A stretch of DNA of 64,000 nt from Parcubacteria group bacterium Gr01-1014_31 (GCA_007376135.1 VMFR01000001.1:270554-334553); one strand, 5' to 3'; positions 27,555 through 37,445 are shown, counted from the first letter of the stretch. Program-made: numbers and translations. The notes: generated from the sequence alone by a model not told the origin.

Positions 27555-27587
27555 GCGGGTCCCCTCAACCGGACCCGCTTTTTTTTC
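27555..27587 (+). terminator. intrinsic terminator
   Basis: gcgggtcccctcaaccggacccgc + T9. Confidence 0.65.
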
Positions 27588-27718
27588 CGTAGGCCACAAA
27601 ATCGGTCCTTAGCCGTCCGATGTAGCCACGCCATCCATATTGACACGCACAAACCCATCCCGTACCGTAGAACTACCGCGTTGGAACAGATACGTAGCCC
27701 TTTCACAAGGAGTACCTC

Positions 27719-28108
27719 ATGGAAGACTGGTTTAGCAACCTCGTACAGGAGTTCATTGGCCCATTCGATTTCGCCAGGTTCGGGGAGCCACCCAAACCGG
27801 TCGGCGAGCACGAAACGATCGTCGGCGAGCTCGACGAAACCGGCAAGAAACTGTGGTGTCTGCGAGAACAGGCCAAGGGCAAAGAGTTCGATGTGGACTT
27901 CCAACTCCATTTCGACCAACAGGGTGGACCCGAAGTTATCGAAAGTGAGCCAATCGAGCTTACCCTTTCAAAACTGCAGAGTCGGGCGGTGAGCACCCTC
28001 TTCTGGATCAACATCCACAGCCGGTTCCCGTGTACGATTGACACCCGGGTTCTGACCGGCATCCGCGCTGGATGGAAAGTGGTTACCTACCCGGCGCCTT
28101 CATCCTGA
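27719..28108 (+). CDS. hypothetical protein
   Basis: AAGGAG RBS, ATG; promoter TTGACA-17-TACCGT at 27641-27670. Confidence 0.5.
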   Translation: MEDWFSNLVQEFIGPFDFARFGEPPKPVGEHETIVGELDETGKKLWCLREQAKGKEFDVDFQLHFDQQGGPEVIESEPIELTLSKLQSRAVSTLFWINIHSRFPCTIDTRVLTGIRAGWKVVTYPAPSS

Positions 28109-28149
28109 CAAACCTCGACCTCCTGACTCCGACCCAATTACCGTGCTCC

Positions 28150-28179
28150 GCGGGCCCCTCGGGACCCGCTCTTTTTTTA
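28150..28179 (+). terminator. intrinsic terminator
   Basis: gcgggcccctcgggacccgc + T7. Confidence 0.65.
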
Positions 28180-28205
28180 TCAAAAAAAATGCTGGGCAAA
28201 TGACA

Positions 28206-28237
28206 GAAAATCCCCCTGCATGTGCAGGGGGATTTTC
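28206..28237. terminator. bidirectional intrinsic terminator (serves rplL on minus strand)
   Basis: perfect palindrome gaaaatccccctgca-tg-tgcagggggattttc flanked by A/T runs. Confidence 0.6.
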
Positions 28238-28286
28238 TGTTCAAACGGACTGAGTACAGGGCACGGGGTACTGAGTACCCGACGTG

Positions 28287-28688
28287 TTACTTCAACGTCA
28301 CCTTGGCGCCGGCCGTTTCCAGGTCCTTTTTCATCTTCTCGGCCTCTTCCTTCTTAACGGCCTCCTTCACGACCTTCGGCGCGGCGTCCACCAGGTCCTT
28401 GGCTTCCTTCAGGCCCAGCTGGGTAAGGGCGCGCACCGCCTTGATGACGGCGATCTTGTTGTCGCCCGAGGAGGTCAATTCCACCGTGAACTCCGACTTC
28501 TCTTCGACCGGCGCAGCACCCGCGGCGGCCGGACCCGCCATCATCGCCATCGGCGCAGCGGCGGAAACGCCGAACTTCTCCTCTAGCACCTTGACGAGTT
28601 CCGCCAGGTCCAGCACGGAGAGCTTTTCGATCTGCTCCACCAGGCCCTTGAACTTCGCCGGCACTTCCACTTTCTTTTCATCGGACAT
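28287..28688 (-). CDS. rplL: 50S ribosomal protein L7/L12
   Basis: [19 protein letters not shown]-domain, Ala/Pro hinge, C-terminal [24 protein letters not shown]. Confidence 0.95.
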   Translation of the reverse strand: MSDEKKVEVPAKFKGLVEQIEKLSVLDLAELVKVLEEKFGVSAAAPMAMMAGPAAAGAAPVEEKSEFTVELTSSGDNKIAVIKAVRALTQLGLKEAKDLVDAAPKVVKEAVKKEEAEKMKKDLETAGAKVTLK

Positions 28689-28740
28689 AGAGTTTGGGTT
28701 AGCTTGTAGGAATTAGGTTATCGCTTATAGGACGACCCGG

Positions 28741-29265
28741 CTAGGCCGGCTTTTTTTCGCTCAACGCTTTCAGTACCTGGACCAGGCCGCGCAGGTTGCC
28801 GGCCAGCACGTTGACCATGCCCGACAGCGGCGCGCGCACGGAACCGACCACTTTGGCGATGAGCTCGAGCTTGGACGGCAGCGCGGACAGCTCCCGCACC
28901 TTCGCACCGTCCACGTAACGGCGCTCCAGGAGCCCGCCGAACGGCTTGACCGCCGGATGGTCCTTGGAGAACTGCACCACGACCCGCGACGGAGCCACCT
29001 CATCCTCGTACCCGAAGATGGTCGCCACCTCAGACGGAAATTTTTCGGGGTCAACGTCCAGCTTAGCGTCGGTGAAGGCCTTCCGCATCAGCGTCTTTTT
29101 GGCAACGAGGTACTCGCCGCCCGCCTCCCGGCACAGCTTGCGCAGCTGCGTCACGTCCTTGACCGTCAGCCCGGCGAAGTTCGCGAAAACCACGGCCTTC
29201 GAGCGCTCGACCTTCTCCTTGATGCTGGCGACCTCCTGCGCCTTCTGCTGCTTGGATTTTGGCAT
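28741..29265 (-). CDS. rplJ: 50S ribosomal protein L10
   Basis: KQQKAQEVASIKEKVERSKAVVFANFAGLTVKDVTQLR typical L10; ATG at 29263-29265; upstream of rplL. Confidence 0.9.
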   Translation of the reverse strand: MPKSKQQKAQEVASIKEKVERSKAVVFANFAGLTVKDVTQLRKLCREAGGEYLVAKKTLMRKAFTDAKLDVDPEKFPSEVATIFGYEDEVAPSRVVVQFSKDHPAVKPFGGLLERRYVDGAKVRELSALPSKLELIAKVVGSVRAPLSGMVNVLAGNLRGLVQVLKALSEKKPA

Positions 29266-29278
29266 ATTCCTTTGTTTC

Positions 29279-29325
29279 CCTCTCCCCTTGTGGGAGAGGG
29301 TTAGGGTGAGGGGGATCACCCAACA
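29279..29325. repeat. 45-bp hairpin repeat (copy A) in rplJ 5' UTR; second copy at 41336-41384
   Basis: ccctctcccc-ttgt-gggagaggg + ttagggtgagggggat; >90% identical (reverse-complement sense) to 41336-41384. Confidence 0.55.
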
Positions 29326-29367
29326 CCGATATACCGACCTCTGGGACCCCTAACTACAGGGGTGCGT

Positions 29368-29400
29368 AAATAAAAAATCTGCGGCGTTCCCGCAGACCAA
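29368..29400 (-). terminator. hairpin + U-run in rplJ leader on minus strand (attenuator-like)
   Basis: minus-strand ggtctgcgggaacgccgcagatttttta. Confidence 0.35.
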
Positions 29401-29609
29401 AACCACGAATGGTTCCCTCGGCCGGCCCGGGTTGCCCCGATTTACGCCTTGCGGCACCGACGGTCTTTGGAAACTGATTACCCGTATCCTACCATACCGG
29501 CGGCCGCTGTCAACTGCTTGACCACGCCGAAACGGGGGTGTAGCGTGGCTCATATTCGGTATTCACCGCCATCGAATTATCGCCCTTTCCCAGGAGGAGG
29601 TACAAACCC

Positions 29610-29909
29610 ATGGCTCACGAAGCCGACGCCGCTACCATTGCGGCAGTCCTTGGCGTCACCAACGCGCTGATCGAACTCCAGGAGTTCCCCATCCGGGTGC
29701 AGGGTGACCCGGATGCGTTCCTTGTGCGCCGGTTAGTTGACCGGCGCCAGATCCTCTACCTGATGCGCTGGAACCCGCACACGGACCAGTGGACCGCCCG
29801 CGAGGTCATGCGCGGCGAAGTGGGCCAGCACCTGGTCATCAACAATGCCGCCGTCGACGGCGGCACCATCCGCCTCAACTTCGTGACGCACACGAAGGAC
29901 GAAGTATAA
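29610..29909 (+). CDS. hypothetical protein (99 aa)
   Basis: strong RBS AGGAGGAGG before ATG. Confidence 0.5.
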   Translation: MAHEADAATIAAVLGVTNALIELQEFPIRVQGDPDAFLVRRLVDRRQILYLMRWNPHTDQWTAREVMRGEVGQHLVINNAAVDGGTIRLNFVTHTKDEV

Positions 29910-30111
29910 CGGCCAACCGGCCCGCACCTTCCTGCCGCGAGCGCTCCGCACCCCGGAGCGCTTTCTCTTGCCCGCAGAGCGCCAATATGCTACCTTCGCT
30001 GCGTCGTTCTTCTGCCCTTGCGCTGCTTCACGTGCAGTCCAACGGCAGGAGCGCGCGTTCCTGCGCCACGTCCGGGCGTGCCGGACCTGCTCTTTGCCAT
30101 GGAGGCTCTCC

Positions 30112-30555
30112 ATGCCAGACGAGATCGCCATGCTCGATGACCGCAGCCTTGCGGCGCTTGTGCAGGGCGGACACGTGGACCGGTTCAACGCGTACCGCGA
30201 AGCTTGGCCGGATCAGTTCATCAATTTCCGCGGCGAGATGTTTTCCCATGTGGCGCTGTCGGGCATCAACCTGCGCGAGGTCGGACTGCGGGAAACCACG
30301 TTCCTGGACTGCAGCCTGATCCAGGCCCAATTCCAGCGGGCATTCGCCGTGGGCGCCACGTTCAGCACCTGCGTGCTGTACAGCGCGAACTTCTGCGGCT
30401 GTGACCTCCAAGGCGCGGTCTTCAACATCGCTAGCCTCCACAATGCCTACACCTACGGCGCGCACCATCTGGACTGGCGCTACCGAGCGCGCCTCCTCTG
30501 CAACCGCCGCCGCAGGCGACCCGCACCCCCCGAAACGACCAAAACCTCCGTCTAG
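30112..30555 (+). CDS. pentapeptide-repeat protein
   Basis: tandem A(D/N)LxX-type pentapeptides (HVALSGINLREVGLRETTFLDCSLIQAQFQRAFAVGATFSTCVLYSANFCGCDLQGAVF); GGAGG RBS. Confidence 0.6.
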   Translation: MPDEIAMLDDRSLAALVQGGHVDRFNAYREAWPDQFINFRGEMFSHVALSGINLREVGLRETTFLDCSLIQAQFQRAFAVGATFSTCVLYSANFCGCDLQGAVFNIASLHNAYTYGAHHLDWRYRARLLCNRRRRRPAPPETTKTSV

Positions 30556-30737
30556 CCGCCCATTCCGCACCCTCTGCGCCCCATACCCTGGGGCGCTCCT
30601 TTTTGTCTTGAAAAAAACGGGTAGTTCTGGTACGATACGCAATCGGTCGCACCTTGGACAATTCCGCATCCATGGATGGATGCAAAAAGGGCGAACGCAC
30701 ATCTGCAACCCCCTCTTCCGAGGGAAAGGAGTTTCGC

Positions 30738-31907
30738 ATGGCATTCCTCAATGCCGGGCAGCGGTTGTGGGAAACGCAGCTGGCCCAGGGCACGGGTTTG
30801 TGCCTGGGCCTGGACCCGCACGGTCCGGACGCCGAGCACGAACGGCTCTACGCCGAGTTCGCGCTCGATGGCGGCCGGGAGCGGTTCCAGAACCTGGTGC
30901 TAGAGGCCCGCAAGCAGGGCTTCGTCGCCAGCGACGACCCGTCGCAGGTCGGACGCACCTACACGTACCTGGCCGGGGTGACCGGCTACCTGACGGCCGT
31001 CATCGAGGCGGCCTGGGCGAACGGTATTCGCGTCTTCAAGCCGAACATCGCGTTCTTCGAGCGCTTCGCACCGTTCGGCGACTTCGTGCTGGCGCGGATC
31101 TGCCGCCGCATCGACGGGCTGGCGGCCGGCCAGAAGTCCAGGAGCTTCGTCATCCTCGACGCCAAGCGCGGCGATATCAGCTCCACCCAGGAGCCCTACT
31201 ACGCCGCCTACCTCTCCGACGGCAACGACGCGGTTCTCCCGGGATTGCCCGCACAGTTCGGTTTCGACGCGATGACCGTCACCACCTGGATGGGCGAAGA
31301 CGTGCTGACACCGGCCCTCCCCTACCTGCAGCGCGGTAAAGGCGTTGTCGCGGTCACCCGCTCCTCCAATCCCTCCGGCACGACGCTGCAAGACCTGCGC
31401 GTCGGCGCCAACCCCGACGCGGCGCTGTCGGACAAGCAGCGGCCGTTCGCGGTCAGCGACAGCATCCTCGAGGAGATGGAGTCTGCCATCGGCTACCCGC
31501 CGACCGCCCAGGAGGTGATGCTCTTCCAGACCACGGCGTTCTGCAGCAAGCACAACCTCGTCCAGGACGGGGTCAGCTCCGTGTTCTCGGTCGTCGGCGC
31601 CACGCGCCCGATGAACCGCGCCTTCCGCATCCTGCGGCCCGACGGCATCGCCTTGGTGCCGGGATTCGGCGCCCAGGGCGGCGCTTTCGACAACATCATG
31701 GCGCTGGCCATGACCGATGGCCCGAGGCGCGGGCATCTGGGGATCTTGTCCTCCTCGCGCGCGCACCTCTACCCCTGGCGGAAGGAGTTCGGCGGTTCGG
31801 GCGATCCCAAGACCCTGACCGCGGACGTCGAACGCGCGATCGTCAAGTTCCGCGCGGACGAGAAGGCCGCCTACCAGCGCGCCGACATCGAGTTCCCCTT
31901 CGAGTAG
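30738..31907 (+). CDS. pyrF: orotidine 5'-phosphate decarboxylase, type 2 (long form with C-terminal extension)
   Basis: LCLGLDPH, ILDAKRGDI, VTTWMG motifs; AGGAG RBS. Confidence 0.75.
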   Translation: MAFLNAGQRLWETQLAQGTGLCLGLDPHGPDAEHERLYAEFALDGGRERFQNLVLEARKQGFVASDDPSQVGRTYTYLAGVTGYLTAVIEAAWANGIRVFKPNIAFFERFAPFGDFVLARICRRIDGLAAGQKSRSFVILDAKRGDISSTQEPYYAAYLSDGNDAVLPGLPAQFGFDAMTVTTWMGEDVLTPALPYLQRGKGVVAVTRSSNPSGTTLQDLRVGANPDAALSDKQRPFAVSDSILEEMESAIGYPPTAQEVMLFQTTAFCSKHNLVQDGVSSVFSVVGATRPMNRAFRILRPDGIALVPGFGAQGGAFDNIMALAMTDGPRRGHLGILSSSRAHLYPWRKEFGGSGDPKTLTADVERAIVKFRADEKAAYQRADIEFPFE

Positions 31908-31949
31908 TCCGAACATTCCCACCCGGCCGCCAACGGCCGACCTCCCCCA

Positions 31950-31982
31950 CGAGGTGGCGCACCTGCGCCGCCTTTTTTTATC
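31950..31982 (+). terminator. intrinsic terminator after pyrF
   Basis: ggcgcacctgcgcc stem + T7. Confidence 0.4.
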
Positions 31983-32039
31983 GCCCCTTTTCTGCTATAC
32001 TGGGTACAGGAAAAAACGGCAAAACAAAAATAAAAAACT

Positions 32040-32804
32040 ATGGTTATCCGTGTTCAACGGCGTGTTCCCTGCAGCCTTTGGCTGGCAGGATTTTTTATTG
32101 CCCTGCTGCCGGGCGCGGTGTTGGGCCAAACGGCGGCGGATGCCGACAACGACGGCCTGACCGACACGGAGGAGCTGGAACGCTACCATACGGACCCCAA
32201 TGCTGCCGACACCGACGGCGACGGCTTCAACGACGGACAAGAAGCGGCGGGCGGCTACTCGCCGCGCCATGGCGGCAAAGCAATGCTTCTCACTGTCGAT
32301 TCGGACAATGACCGCTTGAACGACGGCTGGGAATTGCTGCTGCAGACCGACCTGAACGATGCGGACACCGACGGTGACGGTTTCCTTGATGGCACCGAAG
32401 TGGCGGCCGGTTACGACCCGGCGGTGCCGGGCCGCGTCAAACGGGACAAGCGCATCGACGTCAGCCTGGAGCAGCAGGAATTGACCTACTCCTTCGGCGG
32501 CATGGTTCTGGAAACTTTTCCCATCTCCGGCGGGCTGCCGAATACGCCCACGCCTCACGGTGATTTCACGGTGCAGGCGAAAGTGCCGGTCAAGCACTAC
32601 GGCGGCGCCGGCTTCGACTACCCGAATACCAAGTGGAATTTGCAATTCACGACGGTGCGTGGCCTGCGCTACTACATCCACGGCGCGTACTGGCACAATG
32701 ACTTCGGGCGGCCGAAATCCCACGGGTGTGTCAATGTCAGCTACGACCGGATGGAACGGCTGTACTGGTTTGCGCAGCTTGGCACCCGCGTCGCCATCCA
32801 ATAA
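32040..32804 (+). CDS. L,D-transpeptidase (YkuD domain) with signal peptide and N-terminal thrombospondin type-3-like calcium-binding repeats
   Basis: four DxDxDGxxDxxE repeats (DADNDGLTDTEE, DTDGDGFNDGQE, DSDNDRLNDGWE, DTDGDGFLDGTE); YkuD catalytic HGC (SHGCVNVS). Confidence 0.8.
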   Translation: MVIRVQRRVPCSLWLAGFFIALLPGAVLGQTAADADNDGLTDTEELERYHTDPNAADTDGDGFNDGQEAAGGYSPRHGGKAMLLTVDSDNDRLNDGWELLLQTDLNDADTDGDGFLDGTEVAAGYDPAVPGRVKRDKRIDVSLEQQELTYSFGGMVLETFPISGGLPNTPTPHGDFTVQAKVPVKHYGGAGFDYPNTKWNLQFTTVRGLRYYIHGAYWHNDFGRPKSHGCVNVSYDRMERLYWFAQLGTRVAIQ

Positions 32805-33085
32805 AAAGAGCCCCGCGATATACCGCAGGGCAGGCGACAAAAAAGGACGGCAGCAAGGAATTTCACGGCTTTCGCCGCAGAACGAAACGGATGCTGCGCA
32901 CGAACAGCTCGGCGCCGATGGCGGCGACCACGAGCACGATAATGAGCGCGAGTTCCAGACGGCTGGCATTGTGCCGCTCATCAACACTCCGGAGAATGGA
33001 CACGATACCCTCCTGCTGAAAATAAAGACCGAACAAAAAAACTGCTGCCCCCACCTTAGACAGCAGTTCTTTGTTTGTCAAAACC

Positions 33086-33817
33086 CTACCGCAGTCCGAT
33101 GACGGCGACCATCGCTTCCACCACCGCCGGATGGTCGCGCCGGTAGGAAAAATACCATTCCGGCAGACAGGCCGTGCAGTCGGTACTCGCCTCAATGTGT
33201 TCGTGCCGCACCCCACACTCGCGCAGCTGCATTCCCGCCACCGCCTTGAGGTCCAGCGCCAGGGTGCCGTCCGCCCGCCGGGTGAACGCGGCGGGGTACG
33301 CGGCAAAGCGTTCGGCCACGTCCTCGCTGACGGTGAAGTGGCACGGCCCGATACCCGGCCCGATGCCGACGACGATATCCGACGGACTGCTGCCGTACCG
33401 GTTCTGCAGCTGACGGACCGTCGCCGCGGGAATGCCCTGGTGCAACGACCGCCAGCCCGCATGCGCCAATCCGACGGCCTGGCGCTTGGGGTCATAGAAG
33501 TAGAGTGGCAGGCAGTCGCCCACGGTCACCGCCAAGAACGTCTGCGGCGTGACGGTGACCAGTCCATCGGTATCGCGGACCGCCGTTCCCCGATCGGCCG
33601 CCGTGACCACCGCAACCGCTGCCCCATGAGCCTGCTTGCAGCGCACGGCGTTTGCCGCCGTCAGGCCGAGGGCCGCAAAGTAGCGCCGGAAATTCTCGAT
33701 CACCTGCGTCTTCCGCGACGGGTCGGCCGCCGCCGTCATCGTGCCGTCCTGCCGCGCGGACAGAGTTGCCACCAGCCGCGGGTAGGCGGCGAAACTTGCG
33801 AACAGCGGATTGGCCAT
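33086..33817 (-). CDS. pgeF: peptidoglycan editing factor PgeF (YfiH/DUF152 purine nucleoside phosphorylase/laccase-domain protein)
   Basis: KQAHGAAVAVV, GDCLP, GWRS motifs. Confidence 0.75.
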   Translation of the reverse strand: MANPLFASFAAYPRLVATLSARQDGTMTAAADPSRKTQVIENFRRYFAALGLTAANAVRCKQAHGAAVAVVTAADRGTAVRDTDGLVTVTPQTFLAVTVGDCLPLYFYDPKRQAVGLAHAGWRSLHQGIPAATVRQLQNRYGSSPSDIVVGIGPGIGPCHFTVSEDVAERFAAYPAAFTRRADGTLALDLKAVAGMQLRECGVRHEHIEASTDCTACLPEWYFSYRRDHPAVVEAMVAVIGLR

Positions 33818-33821
33818 GGGA

Positions 33822-34187
33822 CTAACTGGTCGCGTTCACCAGCGAGCTGATGACGAACGCGGCAATGGCATAGGCCGCAAAGACGATGGCCAACCCGACG
33901 ACGCCCGCCGTGATGACCTTCTTGCCACCCGCCGCCTGGTCCTCATTACCGCCCGCCGTCATGTACTTAAACCCACCGTAGAAGATGCCGACGACCGCGA
34001 TCAGGCCCAGGAACCCGAACAGGATATTGATAATGAGCATGATGGTCGTCCGCAGGTCCTGGGTGCCCCACCCGACGATGGTGGAATACGACAATCCCTG
34101 GTTGACCGTCGTGCTCAATTGAGCGAGCGCCGGCTTGGCGAACGGCAGGGCGGCAACGATTGCCGCCGCACGGGTACGGATGCGCAT
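33822..34187 (-). CDS. TrbC/VirB2-like small pilin, paralog 2
   Basis: signal peptide ...ALAQ then LSTTVNQGLSYSTIVGWGTQDLRTTIM...; 60-65% identical to 9653..10039. Confidence 0.55.
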   Translation of the reverse strand: MRIRTRAAAIVAALPFAKPALAQLSTTVNQGLSYSTIVGWGTQDLRTTIMLIINILFGFLGLIAVVGIFYGGFKYMTAGGNEDQAAGGKKVITAGVVGLAIVFAAYAIAAFVISSLVNATS

Positions 34188-34195
34188 AGTGCGAA

Positions 34196-35068
34196 TTAGG
34201 TTACGCCCGGGACGTTAGTAGTGGTGCCCCGGGGAAAATCATTGTCCAACGTAGCCGCATCCTCCTCCGACAGCTGCCAGCCCAGCGCGCCCAGGTCTTC
34301 CGCCAGGTGCGCAGGATTGGACGTCTTCACCAGCGCGACGACGTTTCGCTTGCTGATGACCCAGTTCACGGCCACCTGCGCGGGCGTCTTGCCGTACCGG
34401 GCGGCCAGGTCGTCCAGCAGCCGCTGGCCCCCGCGGGACAGCTCGCCGTACTTGCCGATGGGCCGGTAGGCCGTCACCAGGACCCCCTGCGCGCGGCAGT
34501 ATTCCAAAGTTCCGTTGTCCTCGTACGCCCGCGCCACCAGGCTGTAGTGGATCTGGTTGGTCGCCACGCCGGAGCGGGAATGGCGATTCGCTTCCTGCAG
34601 CAAGGGGACGTCAAAATTGCTAACGCCAATAAAGCGGATCAGCCCCTGCTGCACCAATTCATCCAGCGCGCCCATGGTTTCAGCCAGTGGGACATTCGGA
34701 TTTGGGCCATGAATGAGGTACAGGTCCAGGTAATCCACCCCCAGCCGGCGCAGACTGCCGCGGCAGGCGGCATGCACGTCATCAGGCCGCAAATGGTTCG
34801 GATAGACCTTGGAGGCGAGAAAGATTTGGTCGCGCGGCATATCGGCGATGGCCTCGGCGACCAATTCCTCGCAATGGCCCTCGGCGTACGCCTCGGCCGT
34901 ATCAACGTGGCGCAAACCCGCCGCCAGCGCCGCCCGGATGCCGGCAATGTCGCGCGCATCGTCGTTGCCGGGGTTGCGCTGCAGTTGGCCGCCCATCTGA
35001 TAGGTGCCAAACCCCAGGGCGGGCAGGGCAAGCAATTTCCCCTGCTTGAGGGGAATATCGTACTCCAT
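34196..35068 (-). CDS. aldo/keto reductase
   Basis: ALGFGTY, AEAYAEG, IHGPNP, LIRFIGVSNF motifs; GGAGGG RBS before ATG at 35066-35068. Confidence 0.8.
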   Translation of the reverse strand: MEYDIPLKQGKLLALPALGFGTYQMGGQLQRNPGNDDARDIAGIRAALAAGLRHVDTAEAYAEGHCEELVAEAIADMPRDQIFLASKVYPNHLRPDDVHAACRGSLRRLGVDYLDLYLIHGPNPNVPLAETMGALDELVQQGLIRFIGVSNFDVPLLQEANRHSRSGVATNQIHYSLVARAYEDNGTLEYCRAQGVLVTAYRPIGKYGELSRGGQRLLDDLAARYGKTPAQVAVNWVISKRNVVALVKTSNPAHLAEDLGALGWQLSEEDAATLDNDFPRGTTTNVPGVT

Positions 35069-35070
35069 AG

Positions 35071-35865
35071 CTAACCCTCCTCGCCCAGCCAATGCACCAA
35101 ACGGCGCACCATGCGGCGCGGCAGCACTCGCGTCAAAAATACGCCAAGCTTGTTCCGGAATAGCGGCACGACGACCGCTTTCCCCGCCAGCATCCCGGCA
35201 ACTCCGACCCGCGCCACGACCGCCGGGTCGGCCAGATGTCCGCGCATCAGCCGCAGGTGGTGAAGGTTGGCTCGCTCCTGGAATTTCGTGCGGGTCGGAC
35301 CCGGGCACAAGACAGTTACGGTCACCCCCGAACCGCGCAGCTCCTCGTGCAAGGCTTCGGAAAATGACAAAATGTACGCCTTGGTCGCGTAATAAACGGC
35401 CATCAACGGGCCGGGCTCGAACGCGGCCGTTGACGCGACGTTAAGGATGCGGCCGGACCCGCGCGACAGCATCGGCCCAAGCAGCAGCTTGGTCAAGCGC
35501 GTCAGGCCGAGCATGTTGAGCGACATCATTTCCAGCTCCCGCTGCCAATCGGTCGCCGCAAAATAGCCGTGCACCCCGAACCCGGCATTATTGACCAGGG
35601 CATCCACCCGGACGCCGTGGTACTCCAATTCGCGGCACACCTCGATGGGGCCGGTCGGCAGCGACAGGTCGGCCGGAATGACCATCGCCTCTACCCCCGT
35701 ACTGGTGGTCAATTCCGCCGCCCGCAGCAGCAAGACGTCCTCATGGCGGGCGACCAGCACAAGATTGAACCCGTCATGGGCCAGCTCGCGCGCCAAAGCA
35801 AACCCTATCCCGCTGGATGCGCCGGTCACCAGCGCCGTTTTCCGTTCCGCCGCATCGAAGAACAT
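35071..35865 (-). CDS. short-chain dehydrogenase/reductase (SDR)
   Basis: TGASSGIG cofactor motif, NNAG, YxxxK (YYATKAY); stop 2 nt before downstream AKR start. Confidence 0.8.
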   Translation of the reverse strand: MFFDAAERKTALVTGASSGIGFALARELAHDGFNLVLVARHEDVLLLRAAELTTSTGVEAMVIPADLSLPTGPIEVCRELEYHGVRVDALVNNAGFGVHGYFAATDWQRELEMMSLNMLGLTRLTKLLLGPMLSRGSGRILNVASTAAFEPGPLMAVYYATKAYILSFSEALHEELRGSGVTVTVLCPGPTRTKFQERANLHHLRLMRGHLADPAVVARVGVAGMLAGKAVVVPLFRNKLGVFLTRVLPRRMVRRLVHWLGEEG

Positions 35866-36037
35866 AGGAATGTTCGCATTGTACCACACCGGCGGCAGCA
35901 CGCGTTGACAAATCGCTTATTTTAGGGTACCGTACGTCTTCCGCTGGTTGGGGGCAGCGGCGTTCTTTTCCACAAAAAAGTACGCAGTTTGCCCAGGTTA
36001 CCGTTGTTGTTCGGCCCAATTCCACAAGGAGGCGCTC

Positions 36038-37369
36038 ATGCCCAAGTTCCGACGTTCCCAGAACCGCACCAAGGTCATTCCCCTGCCGCTGTCCATCGGC
36101 GGCTGGTGCCTGGTCAACCCCGGCGGCGACCCGTTCGGCGACGCCGTGCGCGCGCCCACCCTGACCGACGGTCTGCGCGCCTGCCGCGATGCGGGCATCA
36201 CCCACGTGTCGTTCCACGACCGCGACCTGTACCCCGACGACGCCCCGCAGGAGATTATCGACGAAAAGGTCGACCAGGTCCTGCGGCTGCTGGAGGACAG
36301 CGGGTTGAAGGTGCTCTGCTTCACCACCAACCTGTTCTCCAACCCGTGCTTCCGCTCCGGCGCGTTCTCGTCGCCCATTCCCGCGGTGCGCCAGGCAGCC
36401 ATCGTCAAGGGCTGCCGGTCGGTCCATGCCGCGAAGCGGCTGGGTGCCCTCAACATCATCTTCTGGGGCGGCCGCGAAGGCACTGAGGTCTTCGAGCAGG
36501 ACAGCGGCGAAGGCGTGCGCAACTACCTGCTGGGCGCGCGCGCCGTCATCGTCTACGCCATCGCCCAGGGCTACCAGGGCACCTTCACCTTCGAGCCGAA
36601 GGTCTACGAGCCGCGCTTCCATTCGTTTGCGGCCACCGGGGCTGCGATGGGCTCCGGGATCCGCGAGTTCTTCCCCGAAACGGAGCTGGCGGCCCGGGTC
36701 AAGATCAACCCGGAGTACCCGCAGCACGTGGCGATGCTGGGGCTGAACCCCGCCATCGAGCTGGGTCAGCTCCTCGAGGAGGACCTGCTCGGTCCGTGCA
36801 TCCACTTCGGCGGGCAACCGCCGTGCCGCATGGACGCGGACTTCGCGCCGGGCCTGGGCGGTTCTCCGACCGACGACTTCCACGTCTGCAAGCTGCTCCA
36901 CGATGCGACGTACCGCGGGTTCGTGGAGTTCGACTGCCGTCCGCTGCGCACCTCGGCGTCCGAGCACGCCATCCGCCTGTTCGCGCGCCAATGCGTCGCC
37001 TACTGGCGGCAGCTGGAGCAAAAGGTCGTAACCTTCCGCCGCGACCCCATCATCCGCGCGCTGCAGGCCGAGATCTTCGGCGAACCCATCGCGCAACTGG
37101 AGGACGTGCTGACGGTGACGATGCCCAACGCTGCGGCCGACAGCAACGTCGTCATCGACGCGGTCAACCGGCTGCCCATCCGCACCTTCGCGGAGACGGC
37201 GGCCATCGACACGGACGCCATCGAGGCGTTCGGCTACCGCGTGCAGCAGATCGTCTGCGGCACCCACCGTGAAGGCGCAACGATGTTCTGCGGCACCAGG
37301 TGGGCCGCAGCCCAGGCCAAGACGGCTGATGCGCCCGTCGAGTCCGAGGCCGAAGAGGCCAGCAACTGA
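36038..37369 (+). CDS. xylose isomerase family protein (XylA-like TIM barrel)
   Basis: IIFWGGREG and FTFEPKVYEP match XylA FWGGREGY / EPKPxEP signatures; AAGGAGG RBS. Confidence 0.7.
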   Translation: MPKFRRSQNRTKVIPLPLSIGGWCLVNPGGDPFGDAVRAPTLTDGLRACRDAGITHVSFHDRDLYPDDAPQEIIDEKVDQVLRLLEDSGLKVLCFTTNLFSNPCFRSGAFSSPIPAVRQAAIVKGCRSVHAAKRLGALNIIFWGGREGTEVFEQDSGEGVRNYLLGARAVIVYAIAQGYQGTFTFEPKVYEPRFHSFAATGAAMGSGIREFFPETELAARVKINPEYPQHVAMLGLNPAIELGQLLEEDLLGPCIHFGGQPPCRMDADFAPGLGGSPTDDFHVCKLLHDATYRGFVEFDCRPLRTSASEHAIRLFARQCVAYWRQLEQKVVTFRRDPIIRALQAEIFGEPIAQLEDVLTVTMPNAAADSNVVIDAVNRLPIRTFAETAAIDTDAIEAFGYRVQQIVCGTHREGATMFCGTRWAAAQAKTADAPVESEAEEASN

Positions 37370-37404
37370 CGGCTCGCGCTCTCCGCTCCGTTCTTCAACC
37401 GATA

Positions 37405-37445
37405 CGCCGGAGGAGTCACCTGACTCCCCCGGCGTTTTTTTTATT
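37405..37445 (+). terminator. strong intrinsic terminator
   Basis: cgccggaggagtcacc-tgactcccccggcg 14-bp stem + T10. Confidence 0.7.

Noticed and set aside
29063-29553. Small ORFs in the rplJ leader region
   Set aside because: Region is the L10 operon leader/5' UTR with repeat hairpin and attenuator; ORFs are short and lack RBS.
30028-30744. 238-aa minus-strand ORF overlapping the pentapeptide-repeat gene
   Set aside because: Plus-strand ORF has a GGAGG RBS and coherent pentapeptide repeats; the minus ORF is Arg/Gly-rich antisense.
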